From Takakia lepidozioides (lineage: Eukaryota; Plantae; Bryophyta): a DNA stretch of 64,000 bases. The stretch covers positions 9,548,001-9,612,000 of the forward strand of contig CM060734.1 in NCBI GenBank assembly GCA_030704615.1, in the 5' to 3' direction. Within the stretch, counting starts at the first letter, position 1. Every line of letters starts with the position of its first letter. Of this stretch, positions 1 to 12,469 are shown in pieces. The notes below the pieces were generated by a model, which was not told the origin of the DNA, did not search any database, and saw only the letters and a program-made list of their open reading frames with translations. Made by a program: the position numbers and the translations under genes.

Positions 1-1743
1 CATAAGCGCGAGCATATTGTGAGCTTTGCGCGATTGAAACCCTTCCAAAAAAGAAAGAAATGGTTCCAAGACATATACCACCTCTCGAGCCATCCGCCAT
101 TCCAACAATATCAACTCTGTTGAGAAATCTCCCATGCAATGATCCACAGTTGCAGCCCTGGGAGCACGACTTCCTCGCATGCGAATTGTTGTGGCAATGG
201 CTGCATTAAGAGCATCGGACAATAGCCAAAATCCCCCAGATTGATTCATAATGCACTCATGAACCACAGGCCCTAGAACTGTAGAAATTGATTGGGCAAT
301 GGCCCACACTTGTGGACTTGGTATGCGAGACTGCAGTGCCAATGAGGTTTGCCTAGAGTAACAAGTGATTATGGCTTGCCTAAACTCCAAAGTCTCTTGG
401 AAGAGAATCACCTTGGAAGCAAACCGTGTCTTCACCGGAGTCTTCAATTTGTGGGGATGAATGCCGCTGTCCACACATGCCTTTGTCCATTCTTGTCTCC
501 CTTTGCCACTTTTTTTTGTCCAAGTAATGGTTTTTTGCAACTCTGATTGGGCATTTTTTATAGAAACCGATCTCACATCTGCACATACTTTTGCATCATT
601 TGTTGCATACTGGCAACACTTGGACATTGCATGCCCAAAACAGCTACCCACAAATGGAGAATCCAACCCCAAACACGCACATGAGACCACCGAATTCAAA
701 GCATTGGTCAAAGTGGCCAAGTCACCTCCCTCATCTTTGACGTAAGCAATAATGCGAGTATTGAGGCCATACTTCACAAGAAGATTGTTGACTTGATGTG
801 CCATGGCAGCCCCAGATGTGTCAGGTGTCTCAAACATGCCAAGAGTCACATGACATTGCTCCCACTGTTCATTAATAAAGTGCGCTATGATGACAAAAGT
901 ATCAGTTCCCCCTCTTGACATCCACAAATCAAAACTCACAGAGCAAGTAGCACAACTCTGAAGAGATGGGGACATGTAGCGCTCTTTTGTCTTCTCTGCC
1001 AAGATTGGAATGGCCTCATTCACAAATGTCCGTCGAGAAGGGAAAACAATCCGAGGATTTTGCCTCAACACCATCCTTCTTAGCCAAGGGGATTCTACCA
1101 AAGACAGTGGAACCAACTCCTTTGCAATGAACAAGACTAAATCCTCATTGAATTGCTTCTGTTGATCATCATTTTGGTTGTATAGAGTGGAGCTCCCAAA
1201 AAAAGAAGCTATGTTTCCAGGAGTGGGGCCGGGCCTCTTTTTTGCTGGCCTACAGGCCTTCTCAGGTCCTTCATTTTCCCTCTCAATCCACCTACGCAAA
1301 ACAATGTCATGTTCTTGATCCACATGCTTTCGAAGGGCAGAGATACCATTGGTTTTATTATAGGTCACAATGCCCTTCTTGCTTGCAGGAGTGACACCAA
1401 CATGATGACATAGAACACACCTCATTTGTTGTGGATTTGTTATGTCCACTGGAGCATAGTCTTTTGTTGCATAGAATGCCCATGTCGAAGCAGTGCGATT
1501 GTGGGGCTTCCAAAAATCCCGTTGTTTTTCAAGTACTGGGAGTTGCGCCTCCACATCCAACACCGTGTGTGATGGCAAAACTGTGGAAGATGACATTGTA
1601 GCCGAGGCTTGAGGAGCTGATGTAAATGAGGTTGCATGATGAGCGTCCTCCGCAACATGGCACTCCACCAAAGCTCTCTCATTATCAACATTGATGTCAA
1701 GAACAACTTCCCTTTCTAGTTCATCGAAAATATTGGGCTCCAT
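1..1743 (-). CDS. hAT-superfamily transposase (3'-partial, runs off window start)
   Basis: Manual translation from the ATG at 1743 stays open to base 1 (581 codons; absent from the ORF track because it has no stop). It has a BED Zn finger (WAFY...MRCVLCHH...NGISALRKHVDQEH), catalytic SFDLWMS and VKDEGG, the CFGH (CxxH) motif and VKTRFAS. Confidence 0.9.
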   Translation of the reverse strand, partial: MEPNIFDELEREVVLDINVDNERALVECHVAEDAHHATSFTSAPQASATMSSSTVLPSHTVLDVEAQLPVLEKQRDFWKPHNRTASTWAFYATKDYAPVDITNPQQMRCVLCHHVGVTPASKKGIVTYNKTNGISALRKHVDQEHDIVLRRWIERENEGPEKACRPAKKRPGPTPGNIASFFGSSTLYNQNDDQQKQFNEDLVLFIAKELVPLSLVESPWLRRMVLRQNPRIVFPSRRTFVNEAIPILAEKTKERYMSPSLQSCATCSVSFDLWMSRGGTDTFVIIAHFINEQWEQCHVTLGMFETPDTSGAAMAHQVNNLLVKYGLNTRIIAYVKDEGGDLATLTNALNSVVSCACLGLDSPFVGSCFGHAMSKCCQYATNDAKVCADVRSVSIKNAQSELQKTITWTKKSGKGRQEWTKACVDSGIHPHKLKTPVKTRFASKVILFQETLEFRQAIITCYSRQTSLALQSRIPSPQVWAIAQSISTVLGPVVHECIMNQSGGFWLLSDALNAAIATTIRMRGSRAPRAATVDHCMGDFSTELILLEWRMAREVVYVLEPFLSFLEGFQSRKAHNMLALM

Positions 1744-2169
1744 GACATAAAAAACTTGTGGAACAACTCCTGTGTAAAAACAATGCAAACAAAGAATCCA
1801 AAAGGTATTTAATAATTGTGCACAACTCATATATTTATAAAAGTTTGGAATGGTATATGGCTGGCCAAAACGAAAGTGTGGGGAGAGACACCGCACTGCT
1901 CAATTTATTATTTCATATTGAGCTGAATGTTACATACATGGCCTACATTTAGATCTACGTTATTTTTTTTATCTAGTACATGTACATTTACATTTTCAAA
2001 TTACAAAAACTACCTAGCAAGTTGGGGGTGGACCAGTCTTATGCTTCAGTGGTCAGCTTGGCTACTTCATGCCTTGGGAAATGATCTGCAATGCCCCCAC
2101 CACATATAAATAAATCAGTCCTTGTTGTACCACAACATGAAGAGTTATAACTAAAAATTATGAAGCTTT

Positions 2170-3835
2170 AAAGTGGGGTGATTGTCCACAAGAGGTAGGG
2201 GCTGGCTGTCAAGCCTTCTTGATATTTGTGCTCCCCTTTCCGAGCTCAAACTTTCACTATGAGAGGAGGAGCAAATCATCCCTCTGTTGTATCACACATT
2301 GGAAAAAATCAAATAAAAAACTAAGCTATTAAAGGGTGGGGGCTTACCATAGGATGAGGGGGCTGGTTAGCGGGCTCTAAACTCGCACTCCTCCTTCTTG
2401 TGTGTGATCTACATAGCAACAGAGTAGGGGGCTGATCAGCCCCTTGCTGTGCCAATTTTCTGGGAAAAAAAAAATATGCAACATTGAATTAGGGGCATGC
2501 TTACATGTGTGGTGGAACGGAGGCTAGTTGGCAGGCCTCCCTACTTGCCCTCTTTCCCTCCCATGCACGATCTACAATAGCAAAAGAGCAAGGGCTAATC
2601 AGCTCCTCTTATATCACAAACTTAAAATAATTAAGAAAATAAAGAACAATGAAGGGGAAGTACACGCGGGTAATGGGGGCTGGTTGGCGGGTCAAGAGGC
2701 CTCCTATTTTTGCTCCCTTCCCGAGTGCAACATATCACTATGAGGAAGGGCGAATCAGCCTTTTGTTGTAACACATTGGAAAGAATAACATTAAAAAACT
2801 AAGCTAAAGGGTGGGGGCTTACTACAAGATGAGAGGGGCTGGTTGACGTGCTTTTTTACTTGCACTGGATGTCCTTCTTGTGTGTGATCTGCATTAGCAA
2901 CGGCTAATCAGCCCTTGCTATACCAATTTTATGGGAAAAAAAAATGAAGGGGGATGCTTACATGTGCGGTGCAAGAGGGGCTGGTTGGCCAGCCTTCCTA
3001 CTTGCCCTCCTTTCCCTCCCATGCACGATCAGCCGTAGCACAAGAGCAATGGGCTAATCAGCCCCTCTTTTAACAAAAATTTAAACAACTAGAAAAATAA
3101 AGCTCAATGAAAGGGAGTTACAAGCGGGTAATGGGGGCTGGTTGGCAGGTCCTTCTTGCTTTGGGCTCCCTCCCTCTCATGTAGAATCTGCCATAACAGA
3201 AGCCAAAGGGGCTATCTTATCAACCCCCAATTGTATCAAGAATTAAAAAAAATTAAAGAAATGGAAGATACTTACCAGTGGGTAATGTGGGCTGGTTGGC
3301 GGGGCCCTCCTTGCTAGTGCTCCCTCCAATGTAAAATCTACCATAGTGGAGCAAGGGGCTATCAGCCCCTTGGTATATCATCAAAGAAAACAGGAAAAAA
3401 AAGAATGATGATCAATGATTACCATGGACCAAGGGGGCTGGTTGCAGGTGGGGCCCTCCTTACTCATCCTCCCTACCTCCTGCACCACATGCCATAGTAG
3501 AAAAGGAGGAGGCTGATTAGCTTCATGGTGAACTAAAGCTAAAAACAGTAAAATAACCAAAAGTGGTGGATGCTTACCAACAAGGGGCTGGTTGACGACG
3601 GGGCTGGTTGCGCGGGCCCTCCTGCTGGCACGTCCTCCCTCCAATGCGCCACTTACCACAATACGAGCATAGGGCCCATTAGCTCTGCTGAACCAAAAAA
3701 TTAAAAAAAAACAAGAACATGGTGGATGCTCACCAACAACAAGTGACGGCTGGTTGGCGGGGCCCTCCTGCTCACACTCCCTCCCTTTGTGTCCACCACC
3801 TGCCACAGCAGCAGAAGAGAGATCAGCCCCCTCTT
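2170..3835. repeat. Degenerate ~155-bp tandem array (about 11 units) upstream of hAT transposase
   Basis: GGGGCTGGTTGG-like motifs recur near 2198, 2358, 2519, 2676, 2835, 2977, 3133, 3288, 3433, 3584 and 3748. Most units also have a GGGCT(A/G)ATCAGCCC near-palindrome and an A-rich tract. Confidence 0.75.
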
Positions 3836-4067
3836 GTGCGATAAACTGAGAAGAAAAGAAACAAACAACACATTAAATCAATCAACCTAAGAGGGAAAGA
3901 GAATGGAGATGGAGATGAAATGAGAGCGAGAGAGAAATCAAACAAATAAAGTAGGAGATGGAGACACGGAACACGAACCTTACCAGGACTGGAGTAGCAA
4001 GCAAGATGTATGCGAGAGAGAGCGAGCTGGATGAGTTGTAGAGACACTTAGGGCTACAACCCACGGG

Positions 4068-4262
4068 TGGAACCCGAACCCGAACCCGAACCCGAACCGC
4101 TTTAGAGTCCCCAAACCCCGGTTCCCACACATGTGGTCGTAGCTGGAACCGCCGGTTCCGGTTCCCACACAATCCCCAATTTCCGGTTCCGGTTCTGCAT
4201 AGGCGGGTCCGATTCCGGTCCGGTTCCACATAACCGGAACCAGAAACCGACGGTTACCCGGG
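4068..4262. repeat. hAT subterminal hexamer repeats (AACCCG/AACCGG/TTCCGG)
   Basis: Dense cluster of these hexamers next to the TIR, similar to Ac-type transposase binding repeats. Confidence 0.7.
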
Positions 4263-4289
4263 GCCCAGGCGGGTAACCGCCCAACACTG

Positions 4290-4539
4290 GTACGAACTTC
4301 GGACTCACTTCCGGAGGTAATAAAAAATTCTTGATGTTCAACCAGACCTCCGTGCCTGCCTCAAACTTAACTTCCCTCCGCTTCCGATTCGTCTGCCGTT
4401 CATACCGTTTCCTAGCTTTGGCAATGTTGTACTTTGCGAGCTCCAACAAACGCTCGCGTTCTTCCAGCACCGCTGCTGCTGCCGGTTCCTCAACGTCCTG
4501 GGCGGCCCAACTTGTCGGCACCAGAGGTGCTTTTCCATA
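4290..4539 (-). pseudogene. Chromovirus pol 3' fragment (post-integrase core) of host element B
   Basis: YGKAPLVPTSWAAQ...VWLNIKNF; near-identical to 7046-7300. Confidence 0.85.
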
Positions 4540-4738
4540 GACTGCCAACTACCAAAGGGAATTCCCGCTGGTTCCAAATCGGTGGAGGGTTCTTTGGGAG
4601 AGCAAAGGGGGACTGTTATGCCCCGGTGAGCAGCCGAAGCTCCAAGTTGGCCAAGCGGCCAGATTGGGAGTCAGGCGCGCGCATCAAAGCGAGTAACTAT
4701 GACTTGAGGGGGAGCTTACCGAAGTGAGGTGCGCGACA
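4540..4738 (+). repeat. Inverted 3' part of chromovirus LTR
   Basis: Reverse complement of 12955-13155. Ends ...GCGCGACA and is followed by CAAAA (TSD). Confidence 0.9.
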
Positions 4739-5228
4739 CAAAAAGCAAGCGGGGCTGTTACAACCCTCGCCGATTCCAGAGGGGTCGTGGGAAAGTGTCT
4801 CGATGGATTTCATGACTGCTATGCAGCTGTCAAAAGGATTTGATGCAATCATGGTGGTGGTGGATAGGTTAAGTAAAATGGGTCATTTCATTCCCACCAA
4901 GGCGACGACAATGACGCAGGAGACGGGGCGACTTTACTTCGCCCACGTTTTCAAGCATCATGGACTTCCGAAGGATATTGTCTCGGACCGCGATCCAAAG
5001 TTTACAAGTAAATTTTGGAGGGCACTTTGGAAGAAAATGGGGAAGAGGCTCAAGATGAGCACCGCCTTCCGACCTACGACGGATGGCCAAACGGAAAGAG
5101 TGAATTCCGTGGTGAAGCAGATCTTGCGGAATTATGTGTCGACAGATCAATCAGACTGGGTGGAGCACTTGGATGTGGTAGAGTTCTGTTATAATAACAC
5201 AAAACACTCCGTAACGGGAGTTTCCCCT
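4739..5228 (+). pseudogene. Gypsy integrase core fragment (inverted), element B
   Basis: ORF 4803-5279: SMDF...VVVDRLSKMGHF...[11 protein letters not shown]...TDGQTERVN (rve DDE motifs). Confidence 0.9.
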
Positions 5229-5759
5229 AACAGCTCCCCACTCTTTGGTCGCTTTCCGGCTCGCTCGCTTACTCACTAGTTTTTGGTCACCAACGGGCTT
5301 GCACCGTTCTCGGGGTTACTACTCCCTATATATACGTCTGTAACTGTCTGCGGGGGTTTCACAACCAGCCATGCCATTTTATGGCGAACCACCACGAAAA
5401 CCCTCGACTCCCGGTGATGAGTCGCGGTGAGTCTTGGCCCACTCACCACGGCCCCTATGGACCGTGATGAGTCCCAAGACTCCCCACGACTCCCACCATG
5501 AGGTCTCTGCCCCCATGGTGAGTCCTAAGCCACCCCCACTAAGTCCCGCTAAGCTACCACCACCCCTTGTGGAGCCACCCCCACCGCAACCCGGTGTGCG
5601 GGGCTCCACCTAGTGAGCGCCTCCGCCTCCTTGGGTGCCTTGGGCACGCAAGGGTGCTTCAGCCCCCCATACCTATCGCTGCCGCTGCCCCAACCACAGG
5701 GGCAACCCCTCATGTGTCCCGACCCCCCCCCCCTGCCCTCAAGGCAAAGGGCCGCGACA
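5229..5759 (-). repeat. Chromovirus 3' LTR (remaining part)
   Basis: Matches 13159-13686; terminus TGTCGCGG on the minus strand at 5759. Confidence 0.9.
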
Positions 5760-6665
5760 CACACCTCTACCAACAGGGAGTCGATGTCCTCATCGACTTG
5801 TCCATTTTGTAGAAACGAACATCCAAGTTGTGGCGTCCCACATCAAGGAGATTGTTTCCGTACCATGGCGTCCCATGGCAAAGAACCAAACCCCACACTT
5901 GACTCTACTCTCCACTAGCTAGTTCGGCCGACTTCCTCCAAGTCCCGGCCAAGGGTGGAGCCTCTCAAGCTCCTCCCAGTGCACTCTTCTTGGCCTACTT
6001 CAAGGCCAAGGAACGATCCTCCCCGAGGATCGAATCGCCTTACTGCAACAACATTGCTTGCGACCGCTCATGATGCCGCTTTTGGCATCACTTTGAGCAA
6101 GGGTTCACTTGGAACCCTCTTTGACTAGGAAAATAACCTTGAACCAACCGTGCGCCCCAATCACTACAATTGGGTCCGCCTTGAATGCTGGCCTGAGGTA
6201 CGGGAACACGCCGAAGCCGCACTAACGACTTCGTCCCGAGGCTACACGATTATGGTACGTGGACGGAAGCACGTGGCTTCCGCGTTAGCCCGCACTACAA
6301 GGCAACCCCCTCGGTAGCGCAGTTATAGTACGCGCACGCACCAGGTGCGCACTAGCACGTGAACTCCCAAAGAAGGCGCAAGTTTCCTTGCCCCTCGGAT
6401 GTGGGTCATCCGATTTCGGCACTACGCAAACACACGATTAACCCAATTTTAGTCTCCCACTTTTATAAGCTAGCATGCATTCTACACACTAGCCAACCAT
6501 ACCATGCATCACCATTCCAAACAAAATAGGACGCACAACATTTGGAACCCATTTCCTTTATAACAAATTTTTGTACAATACAAGTTTTTGTAATCGGATT
6601 CCTAAGCTAGCTAAGCCGGGCTAAGCATGCATTTCCTCCCCCACGCTCCAAGGTTGATGTCCCCA

Positions 6666-7064
6666 TCAACGCTTCTTCCGCTTTTGAGGTCGCCCTTCGA
6701 AAGCTGCAACCGCCTCGGATGCGTTTCCCATTTCTGAGGCACGCACCCAAGATGCCTCCACATGATGATAGCCCTTCCATTTGACGAGATACTCCGTTTC
6801 TCGGTTCTTGAACCTCCTCGACTTAAGTATTGCCTCCACCTCGTACTCAGGTTCATTTTCATGATCCAACAGCCTAGGTGGCGGACGCAACACTTGATGC
6901 CGATTCGGACGCGCTTCATCTTTGAAGTAAGGCTTCAAAAGGGAGACATGGAATACTGGGTGCACCTTGCTGTTTGCCGGCAGCTCCAATTCATACACAT
7001 CCTCATTCATAACCTTCCGAATGCGAAAGGATCCCGCATACGGAGGTACGAACTTCGGACTCAC
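6666..7064 (-). CDS. Integrase C-terminus with GPY/F-SH3 region and classical chromodomain
   Basis: KVHPVFHVSLLKPY...EYEVEAILKSR...EYLVKWKGY...ASW; aromatic cage residues present. Confidence 0.9.
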   Translation of the reverse strand: MSPKFVPPYAGSFRIRKVMNEDVYELELPANSKVHPVFHVSLLKPYFKDEARPNRHQVLRPPPRLLDHENEPEYEVEAILKSRRFKNRETEYLVKWKGYHHVEASWVRASEMGNASEAVAAFEGRPQKRKKR

Positions 7065-10000
7065 TTCCGAGGTAGTCGGAAATTCTTGATGTTCAACCAG
7101 ACCTTTGTGCCTGCCTCAAACTTCACTTCCCTCCGCTTCCGATTCGCCTGCCTTTCATACTTTCCTAGCTTTGGCAATGTTGTACTTTGCGAGCTTCAAC
7201 AAACGCTCGCGTTCTTCCAGTACCGCCGCTACTTCTGCCGGTTCTCTTCGACATTCTGGGCGGCCCAACTTGTCGCACCAGAGGTGCTTTTCCATAGACC
7301 AATACGAAAGGGGAAACTCCTTGCGGAGTGTTCTATGTTTTATAACAGAACTCTGCCGCGTCTAAGTATTCCACCCAGTCTGTTTGGTCTGCCGATACGT
7401 AATTCCGCAAGATCTGCTTCACTACGGAATTCACCCTTTCTTATTTGGCCGTGGTCGTAGGTCGGAAGGCGGTGCTCATCTTCAGCCTCATCCCCATCTT
7501 CTTCCAAAGTGCTCTCCAGAATTTACTCGTAAACTTTGGATCGCGGTCCGAGATAATATCCTTCGGGACTCCATGATGCTTTAAGACGTGGGCGAAGTAA
7601 GTCGTCCTGTCTCCTGCTCGCCGTTGCCGTCTCCTTGGTGGGGATTAAATGGCCCATTTTACTGAACCTATCTACCACCACCATGATTGCATCAAATCCT
7701 TTTGACAGCGGCATAGCAGTCATGAAATCCATCGAGACGCTTTCCCAAGTCCCCTCTGGAATCGGCAAGGGTTGTAACAGCCCCGCTTGCTTTTGTACTC
7801 GCTCCGTTTTTGTTGGCATGTGGTGCATGTCTTGACATACTCCTCTGCCTCCTCCCTCAGTTTGGGGCAGAAATACTCTTTCTTCAAGAGTGCCGCAGTG
7901 CGCTTGGCTCCGCCGTGGCCTGCAAGCGGGCTATCATGGCATTCTCTCAAGAGGCTATCTCTGATCCCTCCCTTTGGCACGTAGAGACATTTTTGCTTAT
8001 ACCGGAGCAGTCCATTTTGCAAGTGGAACTACAATTTAACCCCCATCCTCAAGTCCTGCATCACGGACTTCGCAGCTCATCCTTCCGGCAAGCCTCCGGA
8101 TCTTCCTTTGGAGCGCCGTCTCTCGCCCTTGTACACCAACAGAGCTGCTGCTTTCCTACTAAAGCATCGGCCACCACGTTGTCTCGTCCCGGTTTGTACT
8201 GGATTCCACGTCGAACACCGCCAAAGTATCTTGCCACCTAAGTTTTTTTGGGGACAACTGGGCTGCGTGGCAAAATACTTCACCGTGACATTGTCCGTGA
8301 ACACCTTCACTGGGTTGGAACCAACATAGTGGCGCCAAAGCTCAAGACAGTGCACCACCACCTTCATCTCTTTCTCGTGCGTCGGCCACCGTCGCTCCAC
8401 TTCATTCAGTTTCTTACTTTCGTAAAGCCACTGGACGTCCATCTTGCATCAGTACACCCCCAATCGCGAAGTCCGACGCATCTGTATGTATCTCGAACGG
8501 ACGATCGAACTCCGGGATTTTCAGACTGGAGCTTCCGCCATCCGCTGCTTCAATTCAGCAAAAGCTTGCCACAAAAGGTATTCCATGCCCAGACTTTCGA
8601 TTTACACAGAAGGTCTGACAGCGGCCCGCAATCTTGGCAAAATTTCTCACATACTTCCGGTATATGGAGGCGAGTCCTAGGAAGGATCGCACTCCGGGAC
8701 CGAAGTCGGAGGCTCCCAGTCCAAGATCGCCCTCACCTTTCTGTCATCCCCATTTTGATCCATCCTGTGTAATCACATGCCCCAAGAACTCCACTTTCGT
8801 GACCCCGAATTCGCACTTTGAAGCTTTGGCGTACAGCTTCCCTTCCCGCAACTTTTGGAACACCCTTTTGAGGTGCTCCAGGTGCTCCTCTTTGTTTTCG
8901 AGTACACCAAGATGTCGTCGATGTACACGATCACAAAGTCATCCAACCACTCCTGGAAAGGCTGTTCATCAGCGTGCTAAAGGTCGCAGGTGCATTGGTG
9001 AGCCCAAAAGGCATCACCAAGAACTCATATGAACCATACCTTGTCATGCACGCGGTCTTCTCCTCATCTCCTTCCGCCACCCCGAATTTGGTGATAGCCG
9101 AGCGCAAGTCGATCCGGCTGAAATACTTCGCTCCTGCCAACCGATCGAAGAGGTCGTCGATCCTTGGCAAATGGTACCGGTTTTTGATAGTCACCTTATT
9201 CAGAGCCCTGTAATCGACCCACATCCGCAGCGTCCCATCCTTCTTGTCTGCAAATAGCACCGGGGCTCCGTAGGTGACTTACCTCGGCCGGGATGTACCC
9301 CTTTGACATTAGATCCTTGAGCTGAGTCTTCAGCTCGACCAACTCTCTGTGGCTCAACCGGTAGGGCGCCTTGGCAGGCGGTTCCGATCCCGGTATCACC
9401 TCAATCTTGTGGTCAACTCCTCTTCGCGGTGGCAAGCCGCTTGGTAATCCTCCGCATCACATCCTGGTATTTCTCCAAAATCCCCTTGATCCAATCTGGG
9501 CTCGGCTCCCCATCGCCTTCTCCTTTCACTTCTCTAATGTAAAGCAAAAACTGGGGCTCGTGTGCCTCCTCCACGGCCCACTCCCTTGCTGATAGAATGT
9601 TTATTTTCGCCCTCCCACGGATTTGGGCGTTACCGACACTCGTAAGACCTCGCCACCATTCCAACATGGCAGCGTGACTATCTCTTTGCGGCCATCTATG
9701 ACCGCTCTGGATTTTGCTCAAAAAGGTCATCCCCAAATGAGATCCCCTCCATCGATCTCGCGAATGTGAAGTTCTCACGTCCCTCCCAACTCCCCATTGA
9801 AGAGGAACATCAACGCCAACCTTGTCGCCAACTGTGGTTCTCCTTTGCAGAACGCACTTCAATAGAGGCCCCCACGTCGCTTGTCGGGAGTCCCAACTTT
9901 CGCGCCACTGCCGGCGTCATGAAGGAGTGCGACGCTCCTGTGTCCACCAACAACGACACGTTAGTTCCGGATATTATCCCATCCACGAACAATAACTGAC

Positions 10001-11212
10001 TCCCTTACGCAGGGCGCCAGTTTCCTGATACAACTCACAAGAATAGTTGCCTACCCTACTAGTCCTGGCGACCACCGCTTCCACCAAGCGACTGATGGTA
10101 TCTTCCGACAGTTCCGTGGTTGCCCGAGTCATGTTCAATTGTCAAGGTTTCGTGCACTTCTTGGCCATGTGCCCGGGCTCCCGCAATTGAAACACACTCC
10201 ATCAAAGGTCGCCTTCTGTCCGCCATAAGCCGCTCCACCCGCTTTTCCTTTCGAAGCACCGGGTACCGCCTTGACGTGTGAAGGCCCTCCCTTCAATTTC
10301 CACGTGCCATTGTCGCCGCGTGGCCTATCCCACTTCTTTCCGGTCGGAAGGAGTCACCTTCCCGCCGGGTCTTCTTGTGGTTCAGCTCATACGGCCTTGT
10401 CTCTCACCCCTAGGGACATCCGAGAAACATTCAGCCCTCTCAATTGCCTCGTTCAAAGTCTTGGGTGGCTTCTCCTCCAACTTCCGCCTGGCCCATGGAG
10501 CCAGTCCCGCCACAAAGTTGAAGACCATTTCTGGTTCTGCCATGTCCGCGACTTCGAGCAACAGCACATTGAAAGCCTGGACATACCCCCGAATGTCTTC
10601 TGTTTGCTTCAAATTCCTCATCTTGTCCCGGGCAAGCCAGGACGCGTTGAGGGGCACAAACTGTCTCTTCATCAATTCCTTGAACCCACTCCAGTTCAAG
10701 GTTTCCGGGCTTGGGCCTCGGTCGTGAAGGCGTTTCTGCCACCATTGTTGAGCATAGCCCCTCAAATAGGTGGGAGCCACTTCCACCCGATCCTCGTCAC
10801 TCAACTTGGCCGCCCGGAAGTACTGCTCTAGCTCCAGGAGCCAGGTGTTTGAGTGCCTTCCGATTTTGAACGCCCTCGAAGGTGCCGGGTTCCTTAGGCT
10901 TCACCATAAATTTTGCCTTAGTGGAAGTGGCATTAGCCGCCTTCAACACGTTTTTCAACGTCCCGCCAAACTGCGCCAACAACCCTTCTCAAAAGGCTGC
11001 CGGCATGGGAGGCATCTCTTGGTTTGTCGGAGCTCTCAAGGATTCCTCTGGCTCCGACTCCTCGGATTCCTCCCGCTCTTGAGCGGCCTCGTTTTCGGAA
11101 ACATTCATCGCTTCCTCAAACGGCCGCCTCGGTGACACGTCGCCCCCATCGGGCTCACCAGGATCATCATCTTTTGGGCCGTTCCGCTTTCGCTTTGGCT
11201 TGCCCGACCCAT
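6666..11212 (-). pseudogene. Chromovirus gag-pol (frameshifted)
   Basis: Gag (10382-10804), protease LLVDTGASHSF (9810-9992), RT (8931-9260), RNase H (8077-8442), integrase (7300-8022) and chromodomain; many indels. Confidence 0.92.
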
Positions 11213-11253
11213 GATGAGGCCAATCCCAAGGACGATCGCGTACTGAACTCTAA

Positions 11254-11265
11254 GCTCTGATACCA
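11254..11265 (-). promoter_or_regulatory. Primer binding site (tRNA-iMet)
   Basis: TGGTATCAGAGC, 2 nt inside the LTR end. A second copy lies at 12941-12952. Confidence 0.9.
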
Positions 11266-11267
11266 AG

Positions 11268-11985
11268 TGTCGCGCACCTCACTTCGGTAAGCTCCCCTTC
11301 AAGTCATAGTTACTTGCTTTGATGCGCGCGTCTAACTCCCAACCTGGCCGCCGGGCAAACTTGGAGCTTCGGCTGCTCTCACCGGGACATACGGTCCCCC
11401 TTCGCTTCCCTCTAAACCCTCCACCTATTTGGGACTAGGAGAATTCCCTTTGGTAGATGCAGTCCGGAACAGCTCCCCTCTCTTTGGTCGCTTTCCGGCT
11501 CGTTCGCTTACTCACTAGTTTTGGTCACCAACGGGCTTGCACCGTTCTCGGGGTTACTACTCCCTATATATACTTCTGTAGCTGTCCGTGGGGGTTTCAT
11601 AACCAGCCATGCCATTTTATGGCGAACCACCACGAAAAACCCTCGACTCCCGGTGATGAGTCGCGGTGAGTCTTGGCCCATCATCACGGCCCCATGGACC
11701 GTGATGAGTCCCAAGACTCCCCACGACTCCCACCACGAGGTCTCCGCCCCCATGGTGAGTCCTATGTCACCCCCACTAAGTCCCGCTAAGCTACCACCAC
11801 CCCTTGTGGAGCCACCCCCACCGCAACCGGTGTGCGGGCTCCACCTAGTGAGCGCCTCCGCCTCCTTGAGTGCCTTGGGCACTCAAGGGTGCTTCAGCCC
11901 CCCATACCTATCGCTGCCGATGCCCACTACAGGGGCAGCCCCTCATGGTCCCGACCCCCTGCCCTCAAGGCAAAGGGCCGCGACA
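11268..11985 (-). repeat. Chromovirus LTR (internal, diverged variant)
   Basis: 718 bp, TG...CA with 7-bp terminal inverted repeat. Less similar to the two outer LTRs than they are to each other. Confidence 0.9.
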
Positions 11986-12431
11986 TTAGTGGTGCTACAT
12001 AGAGCAAAGCCACTTGTAGAGAGGTATGAAAGCATATGAGCCTAAGAGTGTCTAAAATGATACAAGGCATCAGCTACAGGATACCATCTAACACGAGTAG
12101 CGTGCATTGACCGGATCATGTAGAAGGTAACACACACTCCTGCAGGTGGTTTTACCTGGGCCTAGCTCAATATATCAATATGAAGACAACATCCAAAAGC
12201 ATTATGCTTACCTTAAAGACCTCCGTGCTTAAGATCACCAACAAGTTTTTGCTGGAGGACATACCTTATGAAGGTCACTGCTCCGTATCTTTGTCATGGA
12301 GGGACCTTCTGCCAGGCAAAAAAAAAAACCATGTTAGTATATCAACATGATGAAGAAATAACCAGAAAGGAAAGTGGTTAGATGGTGTGTACGAGAAACC
12401 AAGTAGAAGATACTCATGTCATGTCAAGAGA

Positions 12432-12469
12432 GAGGTTTACTATTTCATGAGCAGAGAAACCATGAGCCA
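12432..12469 (+). repeat. Orphan MULE terminus
   Basis: GAGGTTTACTATTTCATGAGC...CCATGAGCC, nearly identical to 29368 onward. Confidence 0.75.

Larger units (their letters stand above)
1..4289 (-). mobile_element. hAT DNA transposon, 5' part, inserted in chromovirus pol
   Basis: Terminus CAGTGTTGGGCGGTTACCC on the minus strand ends at 4289. Sequence from 4290 (GTACGAACTTCGG...) is gypsy pol matching 7046 onward. The other end is outside the window, so the TSD (predicted GTACGAAC) is unverified. Confidence 0.8.

Noticed and set aside
4049-4067. TAGGGCTACAAC as a second hAT TIR or telomere-like repeat
   Set aside because: No matching inverted partner found; the adjacent AACCCG repeats are better explained as hAT subterminal repeats.
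6666-11212. Programmed frameshifting in the chromovirus gag-pol
   Set aside because: There are too many scattered indels, and the matching element B region is in frame, so decay or sequencing error is more likely.
11457-12039. ORFs within the LTRs (also 5379-5922 and 13309-13766)
   Set aside because: Frames differ among LTR copies; GC-rich non-coding LTR sequence.
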